From positions 6,264 through 70,263 of the IMG/VR virus record IMGVR_UViG_2925307165_000003: a stretch of DNA of 64,000 nt, one strand, 5' to 3'. How positions within the stretch are numbered: position 1 is the stretch's first letter; every line of letters begins with the position of its first letter. The notes beneath the pieces were generated by a model that was not told the origin of the DNA, ran no database searches, and saw only the letters and a program-made list of their open reading frames with translations. The DNA comes from a virus. Its lineage: Duplodnaviria; Caudoviricetes. The position numbers and the translations under genes were made by a program. This document shows, piece after piece, positions 28,642-38,800 of the stretch.

Positions 28642-28854
28642 ATGCAACCAACAGTAGGACGCACGGTTCACTACTATAGTTATGGTACTCCTGGCGGTGA
28701 ATACAAAAGCGAACCAAGAGCAGCAATTATCACTCAGGTTCATAACGCAACGTGCGTTGATTTGTGTGTGCTTAATCCAACGGGAATGTTCTTCAACCAA
28801 AACGTTGTTCAAGGACAAGATGGAGGTAAATGGGATTGGCCACAAAGAGTATAA
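28642..28854 (+). CDS. Small phage protein (PTVGRTVHY type)
   Basis: GGAGGTG SD; PRAAIITQV...WDWP pattern. Confidence 0.7.
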   Translation: MQPTVGRTVHYYSYGTPGGEYKSEPRAAIITQVHNATCVDLCVLNPTGMFFNQNVVQGQDGGKWDWPQRV

Positions 28855-28928
28855 TTCTGATGCGCTAATGAGCGCGGAGGTGATCTAATATCTAATTGTT
28901 CATTACGAGAAGGAGGTGAAATTGGTAA

Positions 28929-30218
28929 ATGGCTAAACCGACAACTGAGCAATTAGCATTAATAAATCAACTTGCTCGTGTTCCACTCTCGGAAGATGAA
29001 ACGTATGTCTTTCCTGCAAAACTTGTAGGTGATCAAATGATCCCTAATCGTTTTTATCGCCTTACTCCTAACTTTTTGCGGAAAATGGCAGTCCAAGCTA
29101 AAGCAGGCGTATCACTATTGTTGGATCACTCATGGGCTAACCTTGGTATTCTAACAGTTCCAATAGGTAGAACCTTTGAAAGTCGATTACAAATGGATGG
29201 TGATGAACTGGCGCTGTACGCAGATCATTACATGAAACTCGGCCAAGAAGTCGGAGATATCAAGATTGACCAAATAGCAGATGGTATTGATGCCGGAACT
29301 ATTTTTGATACTTCAATTGGCTTCACGGTAAGCAGCCAGACGTGTTCGATCTGCGGTCAGGAGTATTTCGGTGGGAATTGCCCTCACATTCGCGGTAGAG
29401 AATACGACACAAAACTGTGCACTGTTGATATAAATGACGGTGATCTCATGGAGAACTCACTTGTCTTTGACGGAGCTTATCCGGGTGCTGGGGTAGTAGG
29501 CATGAGTAATGCCTCAGTAACTCAATCAAGTGTCAAATGGGAAGCTTTATCTGAAGATGCGAAGTCACTACCAAGTGGAGGACGCGTCTTTTATTCTTTT
29601 AGCGGAAAATCTGGGCTTGATGGATTTGTAATCAAGCAAGAAAAAAACAATGAGCCTGAGACACAGGCCAAAGGAGATGACACTGTGACAGATGAACAAA
29701 AAGCTGCTTTAGCAGCATCACAAACACAAGCAACTGCACTAGCGGCTGCAAATGGTGTACTCGGACAAGTCCGAGCAGCACTCGGCGTTGAAAATGATGC
29801 TGATATCTCAACAAAGCTTACAGCACTGAGCGCGCAGGCTGCGGATGGAGCAGCATACAAAGTCAAAGTTACCGAACAAGCTTGCGGAGCTGGTGTCCGG
29901 GCATTGGGTGACGCCTTCAATGTGGAGGCGATGAAAACTGCACTATCCCATCTGCCGGTATCAGAAATTGAAAAGATCAGCGCGACCTATGAAGCGCAAG
30001 CACAGGCTGCATTGGGTGGCGGTGGTCGCCACACAGAGGGCGATAATCTTGATCTTCCAGCAGGAGCGGCCAATGGAACACCACCTGTCAATGCACAAGC
30101 AGCGGCTCAGAAAACACCAGAGCAACTTAAAGCGGCCGAGAAAGAGGCAGCTAAAGCTGCTGCGATTGCGGCCCTCAAAAACACTGGCAGAGGCAATCTG
30201 CTGAAGGAGGACAAGTAA
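28929..30218 (+). CDS. Prohead protease/scaffold protein
   Basis: LLDH, SIGF, CSICG...CPHIRG, ENSLVFDGA; Ala-rich C-terminal scaffold. Confidence 0.8.
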   Translation: MAKPTTEQLALINQLARVPLSEDETYVFPAKLVGDQMIPNRFYRLTPNFLRKMAVQAKAGVSLLLDHSWANLGILTVPIGRTFESRLQMDGDELALYADHYMKLGQEVGDIKIDQIADGIDAGTIFDTSIGFTVSSQTCSICGQEYFGGNCPHIRGREYDTKLCTVDINDGDLMENSLVFDGAYPGAGVVGMSNASVTQSSVKWEALSEDAKSLPSGGRVFYSFSGKSGLDGFVIKQEKNNEPETQAKGDDTVTDEQKAALAASQTQATALAAANGVLGQVRAALGVENDADISTKLTALSAQAADGAAYKVKVTEQACGAGVRALGDAFNVEAMKTALSHLPVSEIEKISATYEAQAQAALGGGGRHTEGDNLDLPAGAANGTPPVNAQAAAQKTPEQLKAAEKEAAKAAAIAALKNTGRGNLLKEDK

Positions 30219-30219
30219 A

Positions 30220-30588
30220 ATGAATGGTTCGCAGTTTAACGGCGCTCCGGGTCCAGGTCCAATCTACACCCAGGAATTTATTGAGGTGCTTGCCTCGACT
30301 GATCTGCAAGCAAAACTCCCAGGCGGCGTATTGCTGGCCCAAGGCAACGGAGTGATTAAGAAAGGTACTGTTCTTGGTAAAGTCACTGCTACCAAGAAAT
30401 TTGTTCCTTATCTCTCATCAGCGTCTGACGGTTCACAAGTTGCGGTCTGCATCCTGGACAATGATAAAGACACTTCGCTCACAGACATCGGCGCTTCGGC
30501 GTGGATTGCTGGTATCTTCACGGAATCTAAGTTGACAGGCATTGATTCGGCGGCTAAAACCGCATTGAAACTCTGCTACTTTGTATAA
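30220..30588 (+). CDS. Head decoration protein (lambda gpD-like)
   Basis: GTVLGKVTATKKF..Y...ASDGSQVAVCIL. Confidence 0.85.
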   Translation: MNGSQFNGAPGPGPIYTQEFIEVLASTDLQAKLPGGVLLAQGNGVIKKGTVLGKVTATKKFVPYLSSASDGSQVAVCILDNDKDTSLTDIGASAWIAGIFTESKLTGIDSAAKTALKLCYFV

Positions 30589-30603
30589 GGGGGAACAATA
30601 TAA

Positions 30604-31617
30604 ATGGCAAATGTACTCGATCCATACTTCCTAACTGAGGTTGTTCAGAACATTCGAACTGACATCAAGGGCTTCCGAGGTGCGCAGATTCTGACCAATG
30701 GCGTAGATTTTAAACCTGAACTTGATTTGACTATTGAATACGACATCACCTATGACGATACTGGTATGACTCCACCAACCGGTCTTAATGATCCTTCACC
30801 TATTCACGCAGCGCCTGTTGTTAAACACATGAGCTTTACCAATCAGGAATGGCGTGAAAAAGCGATCATTGATCGTGAGAAGATAGCTATCCTGCGGAAA
30901 CCAGGGAATGATCTTCAACAAAAATGGGCAGAGGAGTACATGGTTGAACGAATGGTCAATCTCAACCAACGTCTTGAAACCCGATTTGAATGGATGCGGT
31001 GGCAATCACTTACAGGAAGTCTTTTAGTGCCACCTACACTTACAATGCCGGCCAGAACTATTAACTATGGGGTTCCATCTAATAACAAGCCGACAGCTGC
31101 GGTTCTTTGGAGTAACACTGCTACATCTGATCCTTTGGCTGATATTGATCTGTGGGTTCTCAGATTCCGTGGCAGCGGAGCGCGAGCTGTGAAGATCATT
31201 GTCAACAAGCAGATTGACATCTACTTGAAGCAGAATGCCAAAATCCGTGATCTAATTAAATTCACCTACGGCAAAGAAGTAGTTACAGCAGGTCTGCTGT
31301 CTGATATTATCGATCAGCAATTGAACGGGCTTCAATACGAAGTCTATGATGGCGGATATGTTGACGAAGCTGGCAACTTCTATCCATTCATCCCAGACAA
31401 TGCGTGCATTATTATTGGAGAAGGCATGACCGGTTCTATGATGGACTTGGTGACTAGCCCGAACAACTATGAAGATATCTTCAATGGCCATGTTGGAAAA
31501 TTTGCACTGACGAAGTTAATCCAGGGCGACCCGGATCAATGGCAAGTCATCAACGGCGCAACTGTGCTGCCGCGTCTGAAATACGTCAACTGGCATATCT
31601 TTGCTACAGTGGCGTAA
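30604..31617 (+). CDS. Major capsid protein (lambda gpE-like)
   Basis: 337 aa after decoration protein; RFEWMRWQSLTG, SDPLADI. Confidence 0.88.
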   Translation: MANVLDPYFLTEVVQNIRTDIKGFRGAQILTNGVDFKPELDLTIEYDITYDDTGMTPPTGLNDPSPIHAAPVVKHMSFTNQEWREKAIIDREKIAILRKPGNDLQQKWAEEYMVERMVNLNQRLETRFEWMRWQSLTGSLLVPPTLTMPARTINYGVPSNNKPTAAVLWSNTATSDPLADIDLWVLRFRGSGARAVKIIVNKQIDIYLKQNAKIRDLIKFTYGKEVVTAGLLSDIIDQQLNGLQYEVYDGGYVDEAGNFYPFIPDNACIIIGEGMTGSMMDLVTSPNNYEDIFNGHVGKFALTKLIQGDPDQWQVINGATVLPRLKYVNWHIFATVA

Positions 31618-31631
31618 GGGAGGGGCATACA

Positions 31632-32021
31632 ATGACAATCGTAAAAGTATTGGTTGATGCCGTAGGAGAATACAACGCCGGGGACATCGTAACAGATGCC
31701 CCCGAAGGCCTTGTGGAAATCGCAAAGAATAAAGTTCGGAATGCAGCAACCGGTGAATTGCTGGCTGAGCTCGTGGACAGCAATGACATCGTCAGCGACA
31801 ATCCATCCGACCGCGAACTGGAACTTCAGGTTCAACTCGAAGAGTCCAAAGCACGTGAAGCGGAGCTACTGGAACAAATCGCAATGATTCAAGCGGATGG
31901 GGAAATTAAGGAACTGAAGGCTGCGGCCAAAGAACTGAAAATCCCTGGTTACACCAAAATGGACGCTGACGAGCTGAAGAAGGCTATCAACGAAGCCGGT
32001 GGTGGCGAGGATGGCAAATAA
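31632..32021 (+). CDS. Head-associated protein with Rho-N-like C-terminal motif
   Basis: ELKAAAKELKIPGYTKMDADELKKAI; SD GGGAGG. Confidence 0.7.
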   Translation: MTIVKVLVDAVGEYNAGDIVTDAPEGLVEIAKNKVRNAATGELLAELVDSNDIVSDNPSDRELELQVQLEESKAREAELLEQIAMIQADGEIKELKAAAKELKIPGYTKMDADELKKAINEAGGGEDGK

Positions 32022-32445
32022 GATCCTCATCACGGATACGTACCATGATGAAGTGAGAGGGCGTCTAGGAGTCGGTGAGGATGTAATATCCGATGCCGAC
32101 ATAGACGCCCTTTCTGTTTTACCCATAGCAGAAGCTAAGGTCATCAAAGAAGTACCCGACTATGCTGACTTGGTTGAGGATGATAGGAACTATGTATATG
32201 CAGCGGCTGTAAGTATGGTCGCTGCCATACTGGCTCCATCTATGACTGCAAGAATTGCAAAGTCCAAGAAAGACTTCGATTACTCCATTGAAAATCAAGT
32301 TGTGGATTGGCGTGCATTTGGAATTCAATTAATTGACGATGCATATGCGCTAATTGATTTGATATCCACTGTGACACCAGGAACAGATGCCCCGATATTT
32401 GGCGTTGCTGGACCAACACGATACAAGGAAAGGCGGCGTTACTGA
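32011..32445 (+). CDS. Probable head-tail adaptor
   Basis: Position and size. Confidence 0.6.
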   Translation: MANKILITDTYHDEVRGRLGVGEDVISDADIDALSVLPIAEAKVIKEVPDYADLVEDDRNYVYAAAVSMVAAILAPSMTARIAKSKKDFDYSIENQVVDWRAFGIQLIDDAYALIDLISTVTPGTDAPIFGVAGPTRYKERRRY

Positions 32446-33014
32446 TGTTCAAACAATTCGCTCACCGCCACTCTCCGTGTTCTGTAAACGGCGATCCGGA
32501 TGTAGTTATACTTTCTAGGGATACCCGAGCAACAACGATTGTCGGCAAAGAATACATGTACAATGGTTTATTCGCTCCAACATCGCTTGTGAAACCGGGA
32601 GACTTAATCGAAAACGGTGATACTTTCTTTGTTCAAACCTTGCGTCCAACCACTGAGAAGGATAAATACTGTTCATTGATCAAAACCAATGCAACAATAA
32701 CAGTCGAACGTTACTCGCAAAAGTATGACGAAAATGATAATGCCATCGGTGACGAAGAGTACAAGCCAGTTGCAGAGAATGTTATCGCTTTTGCTCAATA
32801 CGTCACTGCACGACTACGCCAAGACGATCCTGGGTTACTACCCTCCACAACTTACACGTTGCAATTACAAACAACGGTTAATATAAAAGACCCTCAAGAC
32901 GCCATCCATCCAGATCAGGTTATTCTCCACGGCAAGGCTTATCAGGTGGATGCCGTTGATGTAGTTAAATACCCCAATCTACTGCATGTGCAGTTATCGG
33001 ACAGTGTGCGATGA
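32445..33014 (+). CDS. Probable head closure/connector protein
   Basis: Position; beta-rich. Confidence 0.55.
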   Translation: MFKQFAHRHSPCSVNGDPDVVILSRDTRATTIVGKEYMYNGLFAPTSLVKPGDLIENGDTFFVQTLRPTTEKDKYCSLIKTNATITVERYSQKYDENDNAIGDEEYKPVAENVIAFAQYVTARLRQDDPGLLPSTTYTLQLQTTVNIKDPQDAIHPDQVILHGKAYQVDAVDVVKYPNLLHVQLSDSVR

Positions 33015-33589
33015 TCACCGGATATGATGCTACAAGGGCGTCTAAGGATTTAGAACACAAGCTGTCTCTCCAAATTACCGGGTTAACAAAGATTGTCCTA
33101 CTGACTGCCAAGGGTGGTATACGATACTATCCAGCAGTACGAGATAAACTTAAAATGGAAATGTTCGTACTCGCTAATCAAATGATCTCAGGAGATATTA
33201 CAGCAGATTACTGGCAGGCATGGCTTGAACAGTTTGGTAAGGGATCTTTAATGGCGGACGCCTCACAAAACCCCGGTTTAGTTACTTACATGAATTCTGA
33301 TGCGTGGAATCGACTAAGATCACGCAGCAGTAAGGTGGTTGTAGGGCGTGGACAAGGGAATTACAAAAGCATAGATGGTACGATGCGTTTCTCAGGCGGT
33401 GGCTATGCTGGAGTGGACCTGGAGGAGCTAGCAGAACGTGGAGATATTGACCCGAAGTTCAAGCCAACACCACCGACCTATTTTCTACGTATCGCAATCC
33501 AGTCCAATCGTAATCGAATCCTACAAGGGATTGCGGAGGTAATTGAAAACTTTCCATACCACAAGTACTTTTTGGAGGATAAGACATGA
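33011..33589 (+). CDS. Probable neck protein (HK97 gp10 position)
   Basis: WLEQFGKG and PTYFLR patterns; position. Confidence 0.55.
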   Translation: MITGYDATRASKDLEHKLSLQITGLTKIVLLTAKGGIRYYPAVRDKLKMEMFVLANQMISGDITADYWQAWLEQFGKGSLMADASQNPGLVTYMNSDAWNRLRSRSSKVVVGRGQGNYKSIDGTMRFSGGGYAGVDLEELAERGDIDPKFKPTPPTYFLRIAIQSNRNRILQGIAEVIENFPYHKYFLEDKT

Positions 33590-34020
33590 GCCTTCATCTG
33601 ATTGATGCTATACAGAACACACATAAGGATGACACGGCGTTTATGGCTATGCTGAAGCTTACGCCAACTGCAAATGGCGAACAGATGGCAACTCGCTTCA
33701 CAAAAGGTGTAGAGCCTGAAATAGTAGTGACAAAGGAAACCTTACCGCATATCTGCCAGTACATTATGCCGGGGCAATACGGACGAAACCCACTCGTTTT
33801 TCAAGGTAAGTTTTGTATAGACTTTTACGGTAAGACTGGCTATGAGGCGAAGCTATTATTCGAGAGGTCATTTGAACTTTTGCATGATAGGCGGATTGTT
33901 CAACCTAAGTTTCATTCATTTTTGTGCGTATTGGCCTACGACGGTGACTTTGCAACAGGGATAAGTGGAGTAAAGGGCTACAAGGGTATCTACGATATCG
34001 ATTATATCCGCATTAATTAA
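33586..34020 (+). CDS. Probable tail terminator/completion protein
   Basis: Position before tail tube; size. Confidence 0.55.
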   Translation: MSLHLIDAIQNTHKDDTAFMAMLKLTPTANGEQMATRFTKGVEPEIVVTKETLPHICQYIMPGQYGRNPLVFQGKFCIDFYGKTGYEAKLLFERSFELLHDRRIVQPKFHSFLCVLAYDGDFATGISGVKGYKGIYDIDYIRIN

Positions 34021-34093
34021 GCAGGGTTAAAGCATGAACGTGATTGTAAAGTGTAATTGAAGTAATATAGAAATAAGGAAAAGGAGTGATACG

Positions 34094-34282
34094 GTGACAG
34101 AAAAACCCGAACTTAAGAAAGAGCCGACAGAGCTTGAGGAACTTGTGAAAGAAAAAGTTAAGCTGGCTAAAAAGCTCGGACTAATGGAGCAAGGTACACA
34201 ACCGATTGAAGGATATAAAGAAACGAACGATTACAAACGAATTCAAGAAATTGATTTAAAACTATGGGAACTGATCAAATAA
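34094..34282 (+). CDS. Hypothetical protein
   Basis: AAGGAG SD. Confidence 0.6.
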   Translation: MTEKPELKKEPTELEELVKEKVKLAKKLGLMEQGTQPIEGYKETNDYKRIQEIDLKLWELIK

Positions 34283-34324
34283 ACTGATCAGTTCCTTTTT
34301 TATTACCCAAGGAGGGATATACGA

Positions 34325-35107
34325 ATGCAGGAACCATTAGTATTTGATGGAGTCGGTAAGATATGGATGAGAGATTACGATGGGACTCTAAGATACATTG
34401 ATGAAAAAATTAACAGTGTTATGTTCGCACCGCAGTTCTCCTGGACGAAGGTATTTGGTGGACAGTCCGGTTATGCATTTCACTTGACCGCACAAGATTT
34501 GCAAGATGTGCTTACAATTGAGCTGCCGCGTTATTCTGCTGTAATTGCTGAGATTTCTCAAGGGGCAGAGACAAAAACAGGTCCTGTTGAAATCGATGAG
34601 AACGAAGAGGGCATTCTCGGTGCTACTGGATATGCCATCGAAGGAATTGAAGCTTTTGGTGGTACGTTTGTTAAGGATAGTGACGAGGTCTATCTTAAAG
34701 CGGTAGATGGAACGCTAAGCAAGCTTGAAAGAGTGGCTTCAACACCAACCATTGGGCAATATGCAATTACGGCGGACGGTGTTATTACATCTGCAACAGG
34801 GAATTTGAACAAAAATGTGATTGTGACCTATAAATGGTCCAAACAAGGAACATCCAGCAACTTCAAAGGAACACGGCGTCCTAAACCATTTAAGTTTGTT
34901 CACCGTTTTGAATTGATAAATGACCGAACAGGTCAACCCGTGCAGGTGCAGTTGACGGTATACAAAGCTGTGGGTGGTGGTACGCTGAATGTTGGTGCTG
35001 CACGTAAGACACCTAGCACAAGCACTCTTAATCTGGAGGTTTTGGAACCAGATGTCACTCCAGATAATCCAGAAGGTATTGCAGCAACGATTATCTTCGT
35101 AGACTAG
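34325..35107 (+). CDS. Major tail (tube) protein
   Basis: 260 aa beta-rich, upstream of chaperones and tape measure; no sheath gene. Confidence 0.75.
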   Translation: MQEPLVFDGVGKIWMRDYDGTLRYIDEKINSVMFAPQFSWTKVFGGQSGYAFHLTAQDLQDVLTIELPRYSAVIAEISQGAETKTGPVEIDENEEGILGATGYAIEGIEAFGGTFVKDSDEVYLKAVDGTLSKLERVASTPTIGQYAITADGVITSATGNLNKNVIVTYKWSKQGTSSNFKGTRRPKPFKFVHRFELINDRTGQPVQVQLTVYKAVGGGTLNVGAARKTPSTSTLNLEVLEPDVTPDNPEGIAATIIFVD

Positions 35108-35177
35108 AAGCATCAATAAACAATGATTGTCCCTCGCTGTTATAGCGGGGGATTATCTATTTTGAGGAGGAATAACA

Positions 35178-35510
35178 GTGCAAAAGCAAATCGATGAAAC
35201 ATTAAATATAGGTTCAGAAGTCAGACTAGCTGAAGGACTTGTTAAGAATGTGAAAATAGGAACTATTGGAACTATACGACAGGTGCGAAAAATCATGAAG
35301 GACATACCCTATCAATTCTCTGTAACTATTGGGAGGGAACCATGGCTCGAAAGCGATCTAGGGAAAGCTGTGGACTGGCCTAAGGCGGAAGCTGCCTATC
35401 GCGAATCTTTCGATCTTATTCTTGAAGGCGGTCTGCCAGATGAAGAATATGATCAGGTCGATTTCGAAGGTATTGAGGAGTTGGAAAAACTCATTACCCG
35501 ATTTCTATGA
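35178..35510 (+). CDS. Tail assembly chaperone (gpG-like)
   Basis: Between tube and tape measure genes. Confidence 0.7.
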   Translation: MQKQIDETLNIGSEVRLAEGLVKNVKIGTIGTIRQVRKIMKDIPYQFSVTIGREPWLESDLGKAVDWPKAEAAYRESFDLILEGGLPDEEYDQVDFEGIEELEKLITRFL

Positions 35511-35787
35511 GGAATCGTTCCCTCCTGATCCGGACGCTGAGGAAGAAAGCGAGAGCGAAGGGACGGAAGAGGGAAGAGAACAAACACTACTTGATGCATG
35601 GGCCTTATGTGTAACTCTAGGTATTCCAGATAGCGAATGGGAAAACATGACTTTCCCTAAGATATACGCTCTCAAAAGAATTAGAAAGAGGAATCAAGAG
35701 TTCCAAATTGCTCTTCACGGTGGAGAAATCACCAAAAAGCCGAAGAAAGCAAAGTACCTATCTGATTTAGGTATCTTTCCAAAATAA
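35503..35787 (+). CDS. Tail assembly chaperone extension (gpT-like), probably reached by frameshift
   Basis: Overlapping +1 frame without its own SD; CGA TTT CTA TGA at the junction. Confidence 0.6.
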   Translation, partial: FYEESFPPDPDAEEESESEGTEEGREQTLLDAWALCVTLGIPDSEWENMTFPKIYALKRIRKRNQEFQIALHGGEITKKPKKAKYLSDLGIFPK

Positions 35788-35825
35788 AAAGAGGTCTCCG
35801 CATGATGCCGGGGACCTCTTTTTCT
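35786..35825 (+). terminator. Intrinsic terminator
   Basis: AAAAAGAGGTCTCC...GGGGACCTCTTTTT. Confidence 0.75.
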
Positions 35826-35876
35826 GTATGTAGACGTGTCAGTAGCAAGGAAAATTTTCCTTAACAATCAAGGGGG

Positions 35877-38800
35877 ATGGCAATGGCAGACAACAAAGAT
35901 GTAGTTGGTGCTCGAATAAGTTTAGATACATCTAAAATGATCCCAGCATTTAAGGCAATTGACCAAGGCGTAAAAGGGAACGCAGAAACCTTTAAAGTGC
36001 TAAATCAGGAAATTACGGTAACCACTAAAAACTATACAGCGTTAGCAACGGCTTCTAATAAACTTGCCCTCACTTCTGAAGAGCGGCGAAAGAAAATCAT
36101 GGCTGAGTCGGAAGCTCTTGTTAAACAACGAACAGCTCAGACCGAGCTGATACAGACAAAGAAGAGCCAGATGGAACAAGCTAATAAATTAGTTGATGCT
36201 AAAATGGCTGCACAAGAAGCTATCATTAGAAAAAGATATGATGCTATTGAGCAACAAGAGCGAGAACATCAAAAACGGATGGAAACGTTACAGAATAAAG
36301 CCACAGCTAGTGCTCTCAAATTAACAACAGGAAGTTCGTCATCTACAGGAACAGATAGCACACGAGAACGTGTATTAATGCAGGAACAAGCGATCCGGCA
36401 AAAAATAGCGCAATTAGCTGAGAGAGAAAGTCAACAATCTCAGAAATATGCAGCGAACTACGAGAAGTTTTGGTTAAATGCATTGCAGGCTAGAGAACGT
36501 AAAGAAACACAGGTTCGCGAAAAAGCATTACAAGAAGAACAACGTATTCGCCGTTCGTTGACTCAGACACAGACTCAGATCAACGGAATTACGGGTACAG
36601 CCGCACAGTTTGCTATGACGGGAACTTTGTACTATGCCTTTACGAGAGGAGCCACTGAGGCAATCAGTCTCCTTAAAGACTTTGAATATGAACTAGTTAA
36701 CGTGCAGCGGGTCATGGGCGAATCCGCGGACGTTGGGTATGTCAAAGATTCCATGATATCCAGCGCCAAGGAATATGGGTATGCACTGCGAGAAGTCGCG
36801 AGTGTTTATACGCTCATCGCTCAGAATGGCTTTGACGAGAAGCAAACTGAACAACTGGCCAGAACAGCACTGATGGCTAAAAACGTTGAACAATCCTTTC
36901 AAAGTGCTTCCCAGGCTCAAGAATTAATGACAGGAGCAATTCTCAACTACGGGATGGCTGCTGAAGACTCCGAAAAGTTGCTTGATAAACTCAATGAAGT
37001 TTCCAACAACTTTCCAACAACATCTAAGAAGCTCTTAGAAGGTATAAACCGAGTGGGTGCTACAGCTAAAAACGCTGGAGTGGACATTGACGAACTCATC
37101 GGATACTTGACTACACTGAATCAAGCTGGTTTTTCTGGTTCTGTAGCTGGTAATGCTATAAAATCCTTTATTAGTTTCTCCAGTAGACCTATAGCAGTAG
37201 ACAAGCTAGAAAAGTATGTTGGAGTGATGAAACAAGCTAATGGCGATATGATGAAGTTCCCAGAATTACTTAGTAAGATCGCAGCTCAGTGGGATAACCT
37301 CTCAGATGTTGAACGTAGCGAGATTACGCAAGCCATCGCTCGGGGAGATCAAGCATCAAGGTTTATCGCATTAATGAATAACTATAGTAAGGTTATGGAT
37401 GTGGCTAAGGTTTCAGAGGAATCATTTGGATCAGCACAAAGAGAAAACAACCTCACAATGACTACACTAACAAAGCAATCTGAGCAATTACGCGCTTCTT
37501 GGGATGAGCTGATTATATCTATTGGTGATAGCGGGTTACTTGGGGGATTAAAGTTAATTGTAGGCCAAGCCACAATCTTACTGGATGGGTTTAACCATCT
37601 ACCAGGGCCCATCAAAAATACTGTCACATCGATTCTTTTGTTAGGTGGAGCAATTACGGTTTTAAACACGGGAGCCAGGATTCTGACTGGACAAACTCTG
37701 GTTTCTTTGGTTACAGGAGTCGCTGCCGCGGCTAAAGGGATGCTTGGGATGAAGGTTGCTACTGATGCCGCCAATATTTCCCAAAAGGCTTTTATTGCTA
37801 CGCCGATTGGTGCGGCATTAACAGCCATTACTCTAGTCGTAGGCGCAGCGACAACCGCATGGGCTTATTATAAAGGTACACAAAGTCAAGTGAATGATGA
37901 GACTCTGCAACAGAATCGAAAAACAGCTGAACTAGTTGCTAGATACGACGAACTGAAATCTATCGTTGACGATAACACTAAATCGGACAAAGAAGTTTCT
38001 GCTGCGAAATCAGAACTGGCGAATGTAATGGATCGACTCAGTGCCACGATGCCTGGTCTTGTATCACAATGGGATGAACTTGGTAATGCGAAAGAGTTGG
38101 ATATTCAAAAAATTGAAGAATGGAAGACACGATATTCTGAGAGTATCAAAATCGTCGAACAAGCGAATTTGGATGCTGCCACGAAGCGAAAAGCAGAGTT
38201 AGAGCAGGAGATTGCCTATACTGACCTCGCTATTAAAAACGCTTCAGAGAGCGACCTGAGTTTAGTTGATAAGGTATTAGGAAAAACAGTTCAAACCCTA
38301 CGGGAAATGTGGGGCAATGAGATGATTTCTTTGGGAACAGAACTGTCCCAAGAAGAGCAAAAAATCCATGCAAGTAAATCAGCCATTGATGCCCTTAATG
38401 GTGTCACGGAGGCAAGTGTAGCAGCGAATAGTAGATTGGCCACAGCTGCAGCAGATTCAGCGGATTCAATGGAGAGTTACTCAGATTCAACGGACGCTGC
38501 CTCCTTATCAACAGAAGAACTATCTGATGAAGTTAAAGCCCTCATAAAAGCGCAAGAAGAATGGGCATCAACAGTCAAAGGAAATAGTCAAACGGTTTCG
38601 GAACTAAACGGAGTACTAGATGAACTGGCAAAAGGTCAGTCCTTAAATGCTTCAAACGCTACGGATCTCATTAACAAATATCCCGAACTTGCATCAGCGA
38701 TTTATAAAACTGCAGATGGATGGGCATTTGAGACGGATGCGGTTAACAATCTACGGAAAATGAAAATCCAGAAAGCTATTGATGACTTAAATTCTGAGAA

